Source of the DNA: Thermoproteus tenax Kra 1 | Lineage (GTDB): Archaea > Thermoproteota > Thermoprotei > Thermoproteales > Thermoproteaceae | Direction: 5' to 3' | NCBI RefSeq assembly: GCF_000253055.1 | Contig: NC_016070.1 | Location: forward strand, 360,001 to 392,000 | Length of the DNA: 32,000 nucleotides | In this document: positions 17,454 to 25,285 of the stretch, one piece after another | How positions within the stretch are numbered: position 1 is the first letter of the stretch | Layout: every line of letters starts with the position of its first letter | Position numbers and translations under genes: made by a program | The notes under the pieces: generated by a model | What the model saw: only the letters and a program-made list of their open reading frames with translations | Database searches by the model: none | Told to the model about the DNA's origin: nothing

Positions 17454-18091
17454 TGGGGGCGGGCCCCGGCGACCCCAAGCTCTTGACCATCAGAGCTAGG
17501 GAGCTGCTCGAGCAAGCCGACGTGGTGGCATACGGCGACCTCGTGCCGGAGGAGGTGGCGAGGATCGCCAAGAGGGCGCGTGTTGTAAAAATTGGCCACA
17601 GGAGGGCGGAGCACGACGCAGCTATAGACGCCCTGATAGAGGAGGCGCGGAGGAGCAACGTGGTGATTCTTAAGAACGGCGACCCGGCCATATTCGGGAG
17701 GGGGATCAAGATATGTAAAAAGGCTAGGGAGAGGGGGGTTCCGTGCGAGGTTGTGCCGGGCGTCAGCTCTTTTACGGCCGCGGCCGCCCTATATCAGATA
17801 GAATTAACCGATGGAGAGGCGTTGCGCCACGTGGCTTTGTTGGCATATCCCAACTTTGGACCGGGCGTTTTGAAGGAGGTCAGAGCCGACACCATCGTAA
17901 TCTTTATGATGGGAGATAGGCTGCCTGAAGTAGCAGGCGTTTTAGCTGAAGAATGCGACCCGGAGAGGGTGTTCTTGTGTGCGGGTGTGACGATAGGCGG
18001 ATATTGCGAGGAGCTCAGCACCGAAGAATTGAGCGCACGAAAGGGCGTCAGACCGGCCCTAGTTATAGCTCAAAAATGTAGAAAGCATTAA
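17438..18091 (+). CDS. cobA: Uroporphyrinogen-III C-methyltransferase (SUMT; CobA / CysG-A type)
   Basis: MPLYVVGAGPGDPKLLTIRA... and VVILKNGDPAIFGRG...VPGVSS are tetrapyrrole methylase signatures. The ATG at 17438 overlaps the dsrN end by 16 nt. The longer track ORF (from 16847) is an out-of-frame run-through of dsrN. Confidence 0.8.
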   Translation: MPLYVVGAGPGDPKLLTIRARELLEQADVVAYGDLVPEEVARIAKRARVVKIGHRRAEHDAAIDALIEEARRSNVVILKNGDPAIFGRGIKICKKARERGVPCEVVPGVSSFTAAAALYQIELTDGEALRHVALLAYPNFGPGVLKEVRADTIVIFMMGDRLPEVAGVLAEECDPERVFLCAGVTIGGYCEELSTEELSARKGVRPALVIAQKCRKH

Positions 18092-18105
18092 TGATTGTTT
18101 TACAC

Positions 18106-18114
18106 TGTTAATAA
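18106..18114 (+). promoter_or_regulatory. TGTTAATAA box upstream of tusA (18144)
   Basis: Perfect box 38 nt before the ATG, followed by TATTTAAAAG at -27 to -18. Confidence 0.55.
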
Positions 18115-18143
18115 ACTATTTAAAAGTATATGACGATGGGGCT

Positions 18144-18380
18144 ATGGAGAAAGTCGCAAAGACTCTCGACGCGAGGGGGAAGTTCTGTCCCATTCCGGTT
18201 ATGGAGACTGCAAAGGCCATAAACGAGGTCAAAGTCGGCGAGGTATTAGAGGTTCTCGCCACCGACCCTGCGGCGGACCCCGACATAAAGGCTTGGGCTA
18301 AAAGGATGGGACACGAAGTGATCTTGTCTGAGAAGACGCCGGAGGGTTATCTAAGAATATTAATAAAAAGATTGAAGTAA
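18144..18380 (+). CDS. tusA: TusA/SirA-family sulfur carrier protein
   Basis: 78 aa with LDARGKFCPIPV (CPxP) followed by EVLATDP. A T5 run follows the stop. Confidence 0.85.
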   Translation: MEKVAKTLDARGKFCPIPVMETAKAINEVKVGEVLEVLATDPAADPDIKAWAKRMGHEVILSEKTPEGYLRILIKRLK

Positions 18381-18389
18381 AACTTTTTG

Positions 18390-18725
18390 CTATACGCAAC
18401 CTGTTGGTTTCGGCGCTCCTGCCACTTTACAAGCGCCGTGGGCAGGCCCCGAGGGGAACAGCTGATATATCTTCTCCAGGCTGAAGCCTGTCTCCTTCGT
18501 GAGCATCTTTATCGGTGGACAAGAGCCGTAGGTCTCCCAGTACTCCCTAAGGTACTTAATTACTTTCCAGTGCTCCTCTGTCATCTGCTGTACGCCTTCA
18601 AGCTCTCTCGCCATCCACTCTGCTATTTTTTCATCCCAGTCCTCCGTGTTCTGCATAAAGCAGTCCTCGTCTAATATAACCTTTTTTCCGTCTACGGTGT
18701 ATTCACCCGGACATTTCACCGGCAT
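18390..18725 (-). CDS. dsrC: DsrC (dissimilatory sulfite reductase gamma subunit / TusE family)
   Basis: 111 aa. The C-terminal arm ...HGACKVAGAPKPTGCV has both conserved cysteines, the penultimate Cys and a Cys 10 residues upstream. The core WDEKIAEWMA...HWKVIKYLREYW is typical of DsrC. Confidence 0.9.
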   Translation of the reverse strand: MPVKCPGEYTVDGKKVILDEDCFMQNTEDWDEKIAEWMARELEGVQQMTEEHWKVIKYLREYWETYGSCPPIKMLTKETGFSLEKIYQLFPSGPAHGACKVAGAPKPTGCV

Positions 18726-18754
18726 GGCCTTCGTGATGCTTTATTTAAAAAATA

Positions 18755-18763
18755 TTATTAACA
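18755..18763 (-). promoter_or_regulatory. TGTTAATAA box upstream of dsrC
   Basis: Perfect box 38 nt before ATG 18725, followed by a T/A-rich tract (TTTAAATA). Confidence 0.55.
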
Positions 18764-18764
18764 C

Positions 18765-19247
18765 TCATTGAGAAATTATATTGCCTTTAATATAGCGAAT
18801 AACCGAGGGAAGAAGCGGAGACAACAGCTCTTGAGGGGTACCTTTGTATAAAGCGTAGAATATCATGATGGGCAGCTCGTCTATTGGAGCTCCGCCTTTA
18901 GCGTATTCTAGATATACATCAAGAAATCTAGCTAAATGTTCTTTATCTATATTCAAATTCTTTCTCAATTTATTCAAAATTAACTCTTGACTGGCACAAT
19001 TATAATAATAACAGACTATCAAGCCCCGTACTGTTGAGGCCAAGAGGTCGCCTCTGTGGCCGTTGGATCTCTCAATGAGACCGTATTTCTCAAGCCTTCT
19101 GACCTTTCTATACACTTGGGAGAAATGATAGTTTAGGTCATTCGCTATCTTATAGGCTGTCGCAGGTCCTCGGGATACTATGTACGACATCACATCTCTC
19201 AGTATCTTATCCCTAGAAAAATCACATAATTCTAATAAATTCAACAT
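18765..19247 (-). CDS. Winged-helix DNA-binding protein (putative regulator), paralog of 28379-29077
   Basis: The HTH-like segment is GPATAYKIANDLNYHFSQVYRKVRRLEKYGLIE. I prefer the ATG at 19245-19247 over the TTG at 19265, because the TATA-like CTTATATAG then lies at -29 to -21. Confidence 0.5.
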   Translation of the reverse strand: MLNLLELCDFSRDKILRDVMSYIVSRGPATAYKIANDLNYHFSQVYRKVRRLEKYGLIERSNGHRGDLLASTVRGLIVCYYYNCASQELILNKLRKNLNIDKEHLARFLDVYLEYAKGGAPIDELPIMIFYALYKGTPQELLSPLLPSVIRYIKGNIISQ

Positions 19248-19303
19248 TGATAGATAAAAATCCAAATCTATATAAGCTCTATTCCATCCGTGCGCCGGGA
19301 ATA

Positions 19304-19567
19304 TTAAGTGGCAGCTCGTTGCGCGAGCGTCGCCGGCCTAGTCGCCATTTTGACCAACGCGCGTGAGCCCACTACGAAGACGTGTGTATAACCTCCGCGT
19401 TCAGACAATATCTTAAATCCACCGATGCTGTCGAGGACTTCGTCCAGAGGCCTACCGTAGTATTTTCGTGGGAACACCACTTTTCCCTCCTTGGCCTTAA
19501 TATACTCCTTTACATCGCATAGACACAGAGTCGACACCACGGTTTCATAGTCCTCTCTGATATACAT
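19304..19567 (-). CDS. Hypothetical protein (87 aa)
   Basis: ORF with an ATG start. It is preceded by a perfect TGTTAATAA box at -40 and a TATA-like tract. I recognised no motif. Confidence 0.4.
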   Translation of the reverse strand: MYIREDYETVVSTLCLCDVKEYIKAKEGKVVFPRKYYGRPLDEVLDSIGGFKILSERGGYTHVFVVGSRALVKMATRPATLAQRAAT

Positions 19568-19598
19568 GGTAACAGCGACGTTATCTTTGTATTAAATT

Positions 19599-19607
19599 TT
19601 ATTAACA
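19599..19607 (-). promoter_or_regulatory. TGTTAATAA box upstream of the 87-aa ORF
   Basis: Perfect box 40 nt before ATG 19567. Confidence 0.5.
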
Positions 19608-19612
19608 AGGCG

Positions 19613-20065
19613 GTGCTAACTTATATTTTTATTCCCATCGATATCTTCTTTGTGATCTCAATTATAGAGGAGATAAAGAGGAGAGTGCAGGCCTACGGCA
19701 TGCCGTGTGGCGCGCCGCCCAATGGGCTGAAGCTCGAGGAGAACTTATACGTCTCTGACGGCTGGGCGATCTACTCTTCACAAGATGGTACTAAATGTCT
19801 CTACATGGGCGAGGTCGCCCAAGCCGTTGCATATGTTGGCAAAGTTGACTGCGTGAAAAAGATCGAGGGGGTCAAGCTCTCTCCTCCTTTTCTAGAGCTC
19901 TATGAAGACGAGGAGTACGCGGTCATATTGGGCGTGTGCGGCACCGATGTGTGCATCCAAGAGTGGAGAGATGAGGCTCCCAATTGTACTTGTATCTCAA
20001 ATTTAAAATTAGATGAATATATTAAAATGGTAAAAATATTAGAGAATTATAATTTGATTGATTAA
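19613..20065 (+). CDS. Hypothetical Cys-rich protein
   Basis: 150-aa ORF with 7 Cys. The start is uncertain (GTG 19613, GTG 19685 or ATG 19700). The 3' end is unusually AT-rich and overlaps the convergent DUF1641 gene by 4 nt. Confidence 0.4.
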   Translation: MLTYIFIPIDIFFVISIIEEIKRRVQAYGMPCGAPPNGLKLEENLYVSDGWAIYSSQDGTKCLYMGEVAQAVAYVGKVDCVKKIEGVKLSPPFLELYEDEEYAVILGVCGTDVCIQEWRDEAPNCTCISNLKLDEYIKMVKILENYNLID

Positions 20066-20502
20066 GTGATATGGGGACAAGATCCTATCTTCTTCAGGAC
20101 TGACATCAGATATCCCAGCCCTCTTTGGATCTCGGGATCTCCAAGGGCGTTGAGCAGACCCCAGAGCCCGATAGGCTTGGAGCCGTCAGCTGTAGCGATC
20201 GCGTTAGTGATACAGTCCACTTTAGAGCTGTCCGCCGATAGGTTCGTGCCTGCTATAAGCGCCACCTCCTGCAGTTTTGAGATTCTCTCCATGAAGTCCT
20301 TCGTGAGCAAACCCTCTGTGATAAACCGGAGCGCCGCTACCGCCTGAAGCAGATCGTCTAGGATGCCGCTGCGTTTGAACTCGAAGAGAGCGTCCACAAG
20401 ATCCTTCACTACATCGATCTTCTCCACTATCTCGAGAAGCGCTTGTTGCGTCTTCTCCTGTTGTAGCAACTCTATCAATTTATCGAGCTTTTCGGAGCTC
20501 AT
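20062..20502 (-). CDS. DUF1641-family protein (accessory protein commonly paired with SQR/NADH-dehydrogenase-like flavoproteins)
   Basis: The C-terminus GLWGLLNALGDPEIQRGLGYLMSVLKKIG fits the DUF1641 pattern. I moved the start to ATG 20500-20502, which forms an ATGA overlap with the sqr stop. Confidence 0.6.
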   Translation of the reverse strand: MSSEKLDKLIELLQQEKTQQALLEIVEKIDVVKDLVDALFEFKRSGILDDLLQAVAALRFITEGLLTKDFMERISKLQEVALIAGTNLSADSSKVDCITNAIATADGSKPIGLWGLLNALGDPEIQRGLGYLMSVLKKIGSCPHIT

Positions 20503-21641
20503 AGCCCGCACCTCATCACAGACCATATAGAGTAGTTGGTCATGTCCTTCAATCTTACAAAGAACCTACTTGGCGGCGGCGGGAACTTTGCAGGGTTCTC
20601 GTAGTTCCATGAGACCATAGTGGCCTCCTCGAAACCTGTCAGAATGAAGCAGATGACCCTTCCGTCGTATCTGGCGTCTGAATGGCCCAACTTCAGCTCG
20701 TCCGCTATTCTGTTTGATACGATCTCGCTCTGGAAGTGTGCAACCGATCCAGCCTTAGGTACAGGCAGATTAGTGGCGTCGCCGAGCGCATACTCAGCGC
20801 CTGTCGCTCCCTGTGCCTGAATCTGGAGCGTGTGTCTGTCGACAGGAACCCACCCCGCCTGATCCCCAATGCCCGATTTGATTACTACGTCGCTGCCGCC
20901 GTGGGGAGGCACTGCCATAATTAGATCGGCCTTTATCTCGCTCGACCCTACGACTTTCCCCTCCTCTATCGAGTTCACTTGGAATTTTGTGTGATATTCG
21001 AAGCCCCACATCGACAAAGTCTCCTCAAGGAATTTGTTCACCTGAGGTTGCGCGTGCAAATGGGGAGCCACTGTGGTGAATATAACCTTGGTCTTAGCTC
21101 TGAGTCCCGTGGCCATAAGGTAGTCGTTTAAAAGCCCGAGAAACTCGTAGGGAGCCACTGGACATTTATATGGTGTAGAGGTGACAGCCACCGCCACAGT
21201 TCCGCCTTTGAATTCTCTCAACATTTCCCTCACCCTCTTGGCGCCCTCGTACGTCCATACGGTCGACCACCATTTGCCGTAGCCGGAGAACGAGCCGACC
21301 TTTACTGTAGCCCCTGTAGCCACCACTAGATAATCATATTTATGTTCTTTTCCTGACTGTGTTATTATTTTCTTATTATTTAAATCTATTTTTGAGACAG
21401 TATCTTTTTCTAATTTTATCAGTGGATTTAGAAGTTTTGATACAGATCTGAACATCACGTCGGGCACCAACTCTTGAAACGGTACATACAAGAACCCGGG
21501 CTGATAGGTCTGGATCTCGTTTTGTTCAATTAATAAGATGGATACGTCGCCTCTCTTGATTTCGCCGTGTAGCTTAGCGGCGAGCTTATTGGCAGTAAAT
21601 ATTCCGCCAACACCGCCTCCAACTATTACAATGGTTTTCAT
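20499..21641 (-). CDS. sqr: Sulfide:quinone oxidoreductase-like FAD-dependent disulfide oxidoreductase
   Basis: The N-terminal FAD fold is KTIVIVGGGVGGIFTANKLA. TSTPYKCPVAPYEF (conserved Cys), a second Cys in GRVICFILTG, and ALGDATNLPVPKAGS are present. Length is 380 aa. Confidence 0.75.
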   Translation of the reverse strand: MKTIVIVGGGVGGIFTANKLAAKLHGEIKRGDVSILLIEQNEIQTYQPGFLYVPFQELVPDVMFRSVSKLLNPLIKLEKDTVSKIDLNNKKIITQSGKEHKYDYLVVATGATVKVGSFSGYGKWWSTVWTYEGAKRVREMLREFKGGTVAVAVTSTPYKCPVAPYEFLGLLNDYLMATGLRAKTKVIFTTVAPHLHAQPQVNKFLEETLSMWGFEYHTKFQVNSIEEGKVVGSSEIKADLIMAVPPHGGSDVVIKSGIGDQAGWVPVDRHTLQIQAQGATGAEYALGDATNLPVPKAGSVAHFQSEIVSNRIADELKLGHSDARYDGRVICFILTGFEEATMVSWNYENPAKFPPPPSRFFVRLKDMTNYSIWSVMRCGL

Positions 21642-21672
21642 AGGACCTTGGCTATTAAGAATTAAAAATAAA

Positions 21673-21681
21673 TTATTAACA
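21673..21681 (-). promoter_or_regulatory. TGTTAATAA box upstream of sqr
   Basis: Perfect box 40 nt before ATG 21641. Confidence 0.55.
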
Positions 21682-21816
21682 CTATTAATGAGAATATTAT
21701 TTTAAATTTCAGAATTATTAAATATTTTAAAAAAGACTTTAAATATATTATAAATATGATTTAACATTGATATATTGTAGTATTTATCTAGTAAATATTT
21801 ATAAAGTATAAAATAA

Positions 21817-22305
21817 CTAGGTCTTAATTGCTTGCAACTTGACGCTACCCTCTAGTCCTCCCTCGGGGAAGTACATGTCCCTAAGCACTCGGAATCCGCA
21901 CTGGGACAACAGCCGGCCCAACCTTGTCTCCTCCGGCGGTGTCCCCCTCTGTAGTTCGGCGTAGGTCTGTCTATCGTCCACATATTCAACGTAGAGGAGG
22001 TCGCCCTTCTCCATATATCTGCCGAAAAGGCAGTAGAGCTCCCTCTCCAAGTCGGTGTTCAACACCTTTATGTTGAACAACTCGGCCCAAGGGGAGTAGT
22101 ACGGCGGTCTCCCCAGAAAGAGCACGGCGTGAGCCACCAGTCGTCCGCCCCTCCATATCTCAAGATATATCTCCTCGGCGAGCCGGCCCCTTTTGCTTTT
22201 AATGACGAAGCGTCTGTCCGACAACAAGTCAGAGAGCACAGAGAGATCGATCTTTCGATAAAAAGGCTCAGTTGAGCGGAGTTGAAGATGCGCTTTCCCC
22301 CACAA
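21817..22305 (-). CDS. Hypothetical protein, last gene of the dsrAB-1 operon
   Basis: 162-aa ORF with a TTG start at 22305 that overlaps the upstream ORF by 38 nt. An alternative GTG lies at 22239. I recognised no family with confidence. Confidence 0.45.
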   Translation of the reverse strand: MWGKAHLQLRSTEPFYRKIDLSVLSDLLSDRRFVIKSKRGRLAEEIYLEIWRGGRLVAHAVLFLGRPPYYSPWAELFNIKVLNTDLERELYCLFGRYMEKGDLLYVEYVDDRQTYAELQRGTPPEETRLGRLLSQCGFRVLRDMYFPEGGLEGSVKLQAIKT

Positions 22306-22753
22306 TCTTTACTGCGTCCACAGGGCCGTACCTAGACATAAGCCATTTTAGATAGCTCTCAGCCTCCTTCTCTAACAACGCTCTTGCTATCCTTGCCCAA
22401 TTGTACATAGCCCAGTGGGGCTCTATGTTCAGCTTGAGAGAGAGGGCGCCTTCAGAGCCGTTGTCAAAACACCTGAGCGGATATAATGTTATAACGATAT
22501 CCAGCTTCATTTTATCCCAAGGCACGTCTCTCAGCGTCCTCTTCGCAGATGTCTCGTCCTCAAGCCTATCGCATGGTACATTTAGGCCGAATCTAATCTT
22601 GGGATAGATGAAGCCCAACATGTACTTCTCGCCAGTGAAATAAGATATTGCAAAAATATCTAGGTCGATTACGTGGAAGGCCTCAGTAGTGCCCGCCTCT
22701 TGTTTTACCAAGGATAGATGGAACTCTTGGGAGGTTACCCTCCTAAATTCCAT
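22268..22753 (-). CDS. Hypothetical protein, third gene of the dsrAB-1 operon
   Basis: 161-aa ORF. Its ATG at 22751-22753 overlaps the dsrB-1 end by 11 nt. I recognised no motif. Confidence 0.5.
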   Translation of the reverse strand: MEFRRVTSQEFHLSLVKQEAGTTEAFHVIDLDIFAISYFTGEKYMLGFIYPKIRFGLNVPCDRLEDETSAKRTLRDVPWDKMKLDIVITLYPLRCFDNGSEGALSLKLNIEPHWAMYNWARIARALLEKEAESYLKWLMSRYGPVDAVKIVGESASSTPLN

Positions 22754-23900
22754 CTCTGAACCTAGGCCATATATCGCCTCTGCTCCTGAAGTGCATATAG
22801 GTGCGCACGTGGTCGGGCACTTTCTGATAGAACGCGTGTACCTTATCCACGCCGACCAAGGATATGAACCTCTGCCACCCTATTCTGTTTATGAAATCTC
22901 CAAGCCTCTCGCCTGGTTGCGCGTGCTCCCTCCACACGTCTATCACCTTTTTGACGACCGCTACGATCTCCTCATAACGCGGCGGATTGGCGGGTAGCCA
23001 CGGTATCAATACGCGGCCCAATCTGGGGCCGCCGCCTGTGTTCGACATCTTTCCTCCCACGACGATCGAAACGCCTACGTCTTGCGGATCGTAGTCGAAG
23101 GCATCGCAGTTCTCCTTACATCTAGCGCAGTTTATGCACTTATCCCCAATAAGTACAAGCTTCACTTTGTCTCCCTCTCTCCTTAGGCTCAACGCGCCTG
23201 TCGGACACACTTGTACTATGAAGACTTGCGACTCTGGTATCTTGGCCAGAGCCTTAGGCGGCGGCAGACAATACGACAACATCTCCTCTCTGATCTTGGG
23301 CGGAGCGCCCCACTGGCCAACTATGACGATATCCATCGCTGTACCTCCCGCGCACATGGCCGGACACCCTGAGACAAACACCCTCAGCTTCGCCGGCAAC
23401 GGCACCTCGCCTGTGAAATAGGGCTTCAGGGCATCGCCAAGAGCCTTACTTATCGATGGCGAGTCCACCACTGCAGTAGTACATGTCAGATACGCCGTAC
23501 ATGAATTTATGCCCCAGAGCGACCGACCCCAGCCGCCGACGGGGAAACCCATCTTCTCGGCCTCCTCCTTGATCTTGAGCGCTTTGTCGAGGGAGTCTGT
23601 CAATATCTCCAAGTTGCCGGCCATAGTGACCCTCATGGCGCCCACTCCAAGTTTGTCCGCAATATCGGCAAACTGATCCAAAGTGTCAGCGCTAAGCCTT
23701 GCGTTGGGCGGCATCGCTATCTTGACCGTGAAGACGTGCTCGCCGGTCGCAGAGATGTGCTCAATGATGCCGTTCTCGTGGAACTTTCTATCGATCCACT
23801 TGCCGTAGTTGCGCTTGATTATATCCGGCAGATATTTATCGAGGTCTATGGGGAATACTTTCTGTAGTCTCGCTGCCCTGGGGTTAGTAGGCGACGTCAT
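22743..23900 (-). CDS. dsrB: Dissimilatory sulfite reductase beta subunit, copy 1
   Basis: The siroheme/[4Fe-4S] motifs CTAYLTC (C-x5-C) and SGCPAMC (C-x3-C) are present, with a ferredoxin insert CPTGA...CINCARCKENC. ATGA coupling to dsrA-1. Confidence 0.9.
   Translation of the reverse strand: MTSPTNPRAARLQKVFPIDLDKYLPDIIKRNYGKWIDRKFHENGIIEHISATGEHVFTVKIAMPPNARLSADTLDQFADIADKLGVGAMRVTMAGNLEILTDSLDKALKIKEEAEKMGFPVGGWGRSLWGINSCTAYLTCTTAVVDSPSISKALGDALKPYFTGEVPLPAKLRVFVSGCPAMCAGGTAMDIVIVGQWGAPPKIREEMLSYCLPPPKALAKIPESQVFIVQVCPTGALSLRREGDKVKLVLIGDKCINCARCKENCDAFDYDPQDVGVSIVVGGKMSNTGGGPRLGRVLIPWLPANPPRYEEIVAVVKKVIDVWREHAQPGERLGDFINRIGWQRFISLVGVDKVHAFYQKVPDHVRTYMHFRSRGDIWPRFRDGI
23527..23600. repeat. 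74-nt inverted repeat with one mismatch, arm A (dsrB-1)
   Basis: Reverse complement of 26809-26882 except for one base (T versus C at 26862). It encodes TDSLDKALKIKEEAEKMGFPVGGWG. Confidence 0.9.
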
Positions 23901-25114
23901 GTCTTAATAGCCTCCACTAACTTCAGGTACGACTCTCTTTCCTCCTTGCTCAACACGGCGTAAGGCACCTCGTCGCCCATCTTGGCTAGCGGCGGCATAC
24001 CCTCAAGCTCGATCCCAGCCTTCTTTACAAAGTTCTCAATGCCTACTTGCATTATATAATCGCCTAGGCGATACTTGGGTTGCGCCTCCTTGTCCCACGG
24101 CTCTATCAGTTTGAACGCCAGATCTATCGCCTTTTGGTGATCCTCAGGATCCAGATAGCCTACGAACCATCCCAACTTGGGACCAAATCTGCCCTTGACT
24201 CCGCCGCCTATGACTACTGCCACCTTTCTCTTCCTCCCCGGCTTTATCGCCGGGAACGCCCTCCTTATACACTCCATCGACTTCTTGCACTTGGCTCCGT
24301 CTATCTTCAGCTCCTTCCCGTCCCAAGTTATGGCGCCGGAGGGGCACCTCGCCGCAAGCTCCTTGGGGTCGACCTCGCCGGCCTCTATCTTCCTCCTCAG
24401 AAGCTCTTGGTCCACCTCGGGGGCGCCCTCCCATACGCCGATGAGACCTAGGTCTGCCCTATTGGCCCTAGCACAGTCCATGGGGCACCCTGAGAACTTA
24501 ATCTTGAACTTATAGGGGAAGTTCGGCGTCGCTATGGCGTCGTTGACTCTCTTGTCCTTATGAAATTCGGCGTACCACTTCAACGTGTCATACAAGGCGA
24601 ACTCGCAGAGGGCTGGGCCCACGCACGCGTTAAGGGCCCTAATGGCGTCTCCGCTACCGCCTACATCAGTGCCGATGGATCTCAACGCGTCGACCATTTC
24701 CTCTGCCTTGTCCTTTGTTAGATTCAAGACGAAGGCCCCTGTCTGGCCAACAATCTCAATGAGCCCGACGCCCAACTCCCGAGATATCTTGGTAATCTGT
24801 CTAACGAAGTCGGTCTTCCAGAACTTGCCGGGCGTGTGGAATATTCTGAAGTGCGTCTCCTCGCCTCCGTTGGGCACCCACGGCCTAGACCATCTGGATA
24901 GCACGCCGGTGTTCACAAATTCGACCTTGACGGCGCCCGGCCCCCAGGGAGTTTTCCGGGCAACGAGGCCGACGCCGTAAATATGTAGAGGATACCTAGT
25001 TTTCCTCAGCTCTCTAACGTGGCTGGGCCAAGGGCCTTTTTCTAACTCTTCCAATATCTCATTAGCCCTCTTTAACAGTTCATCGGGCGGCGGTAGATTT
25101 GGAGGAGCCGCCAT
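23897..25114 (-). CDS. dsrA: Dissimilatory sulfite reductase alpha subunit, copy 1
   Basis: GPWPSHV, CVGPALC (C-x5-C), SGCPMDC (C-x3-C) and the ferredoxin-like insert CPSGA...CKKSMEC are present. I chose the ATG at 25112-25114 (MAAPPN...). The TTG at 25153 would extend into the AT-rich promoter. Confidence 0.9.
   Translation of the reverse strand: MAAPPNLPPPDELLKRANEILEELEKGPWPSHVRELRKTRYPLHIYGVGLVARKTPWGPGAVKVEFVNTGVLSRWSRPWVPNGGEETHFRIFHTPGKFWKTDFVRQITKISRELGVGLIEIVGQTGAFVLNLTKDKAEEMVDALRSIGTDVGGSGDAIRALNACVGPALCEFALYDTLKWYAEFHKDKRVNDAIATPNFPYKFKIKFSGCPMDCARANRADLGLIGVWEGAPEVDQELLRRKIEAGEVDPKELAARCPSGAITWDGKELKIDGAKCKKSMECIRRAFPAIKPGRKRKVAVVIGGGVKGRFGPKLGWFVGYLDPEDHQKAIDLAFKLIEPWDKEAQPKYRLGDYIMQVGIENFVKKAGIELEGMPPLAKMGDEVPYAVLSKEERESYLKLVEAIKT
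24240..24441. repeat. 202-nt perfect inverted repeat, arm A (inside dsrA-1)
   Basis: I checked base by base that this is the exact reverse complement of 25953-26154. It encodes (I/V)GVWEGAPEVDQELLRRKIEAGEVDPKELAARCPSGAITWDGKELKIDGAKCKKSMECIRRAFPAIKPG. Confidence 0.95.
24585..24625. repeat. 41-nt perfect inverted repeat, arm A (dsrA-1, C-x5-C siroheme motif region)
   Basis: Reverse complement of 25766-25806. It encodes CVGPALCEFALYDT. Confidence 0.9.
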
Positions 25115-25143
25115 AGGACTGCCTCTCCGAAAAATTTTAAGAG

Positions 25144-25152
25144 TTATTAACA
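25144..25152 (-). promoter_or_regulatory. TGTTAATAA box upstream of dsrA-1
   Basis: Perfect box 38 nt before ATG 25114, followed by CTTAAAATTT at about -27 to -18. The extended site GTTAATAAC is a perfect palindrome. Confidence 0.55.
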
Positions 25153-25245
25153 AGTTAAAAGAAATATATTAAAATTGAAAAATCTATAGAATTTAATATT
25201 TTTCTATATATATACATTATTTTACATATTTTAATACACAAATAG

Positions 25246-25254
25246 TGGCAATAA
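25246..25254 (+). promoter_or_regulatory. TGKTAATAA box variant (TGGCAATAA) upstream of dsrA-2
   Basis: 40 nt before ATG 25286, followed by CTATTTTTATAA. Confidence 0.4.
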
Positions 25255-25285
25255 TCTATTTTTATAATCATCGGTACACTTTTTT

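Noticed and set aside
25115-25153. TTG start at 25153 for dsrA-1 (MLITLKIFRRGSP...).
   Set aside because: It would place 13 codons inside the AT-rich promoter, over the conserved box. The ATG at 25114 aligns with the dsrA-2 N-terminus.
25160-25205. Imperfect inverted repeat (ATATTAAAATT...GAATTTAATAT) near the centre of the dsrA-1/dsrA-2 divergent spacer, considered as a possible shared operator.
   Set aside because: The arms differ by an indel and the sequence is almost pure A/T, so chance symmetry is likely. I cannot support it without comparative data.
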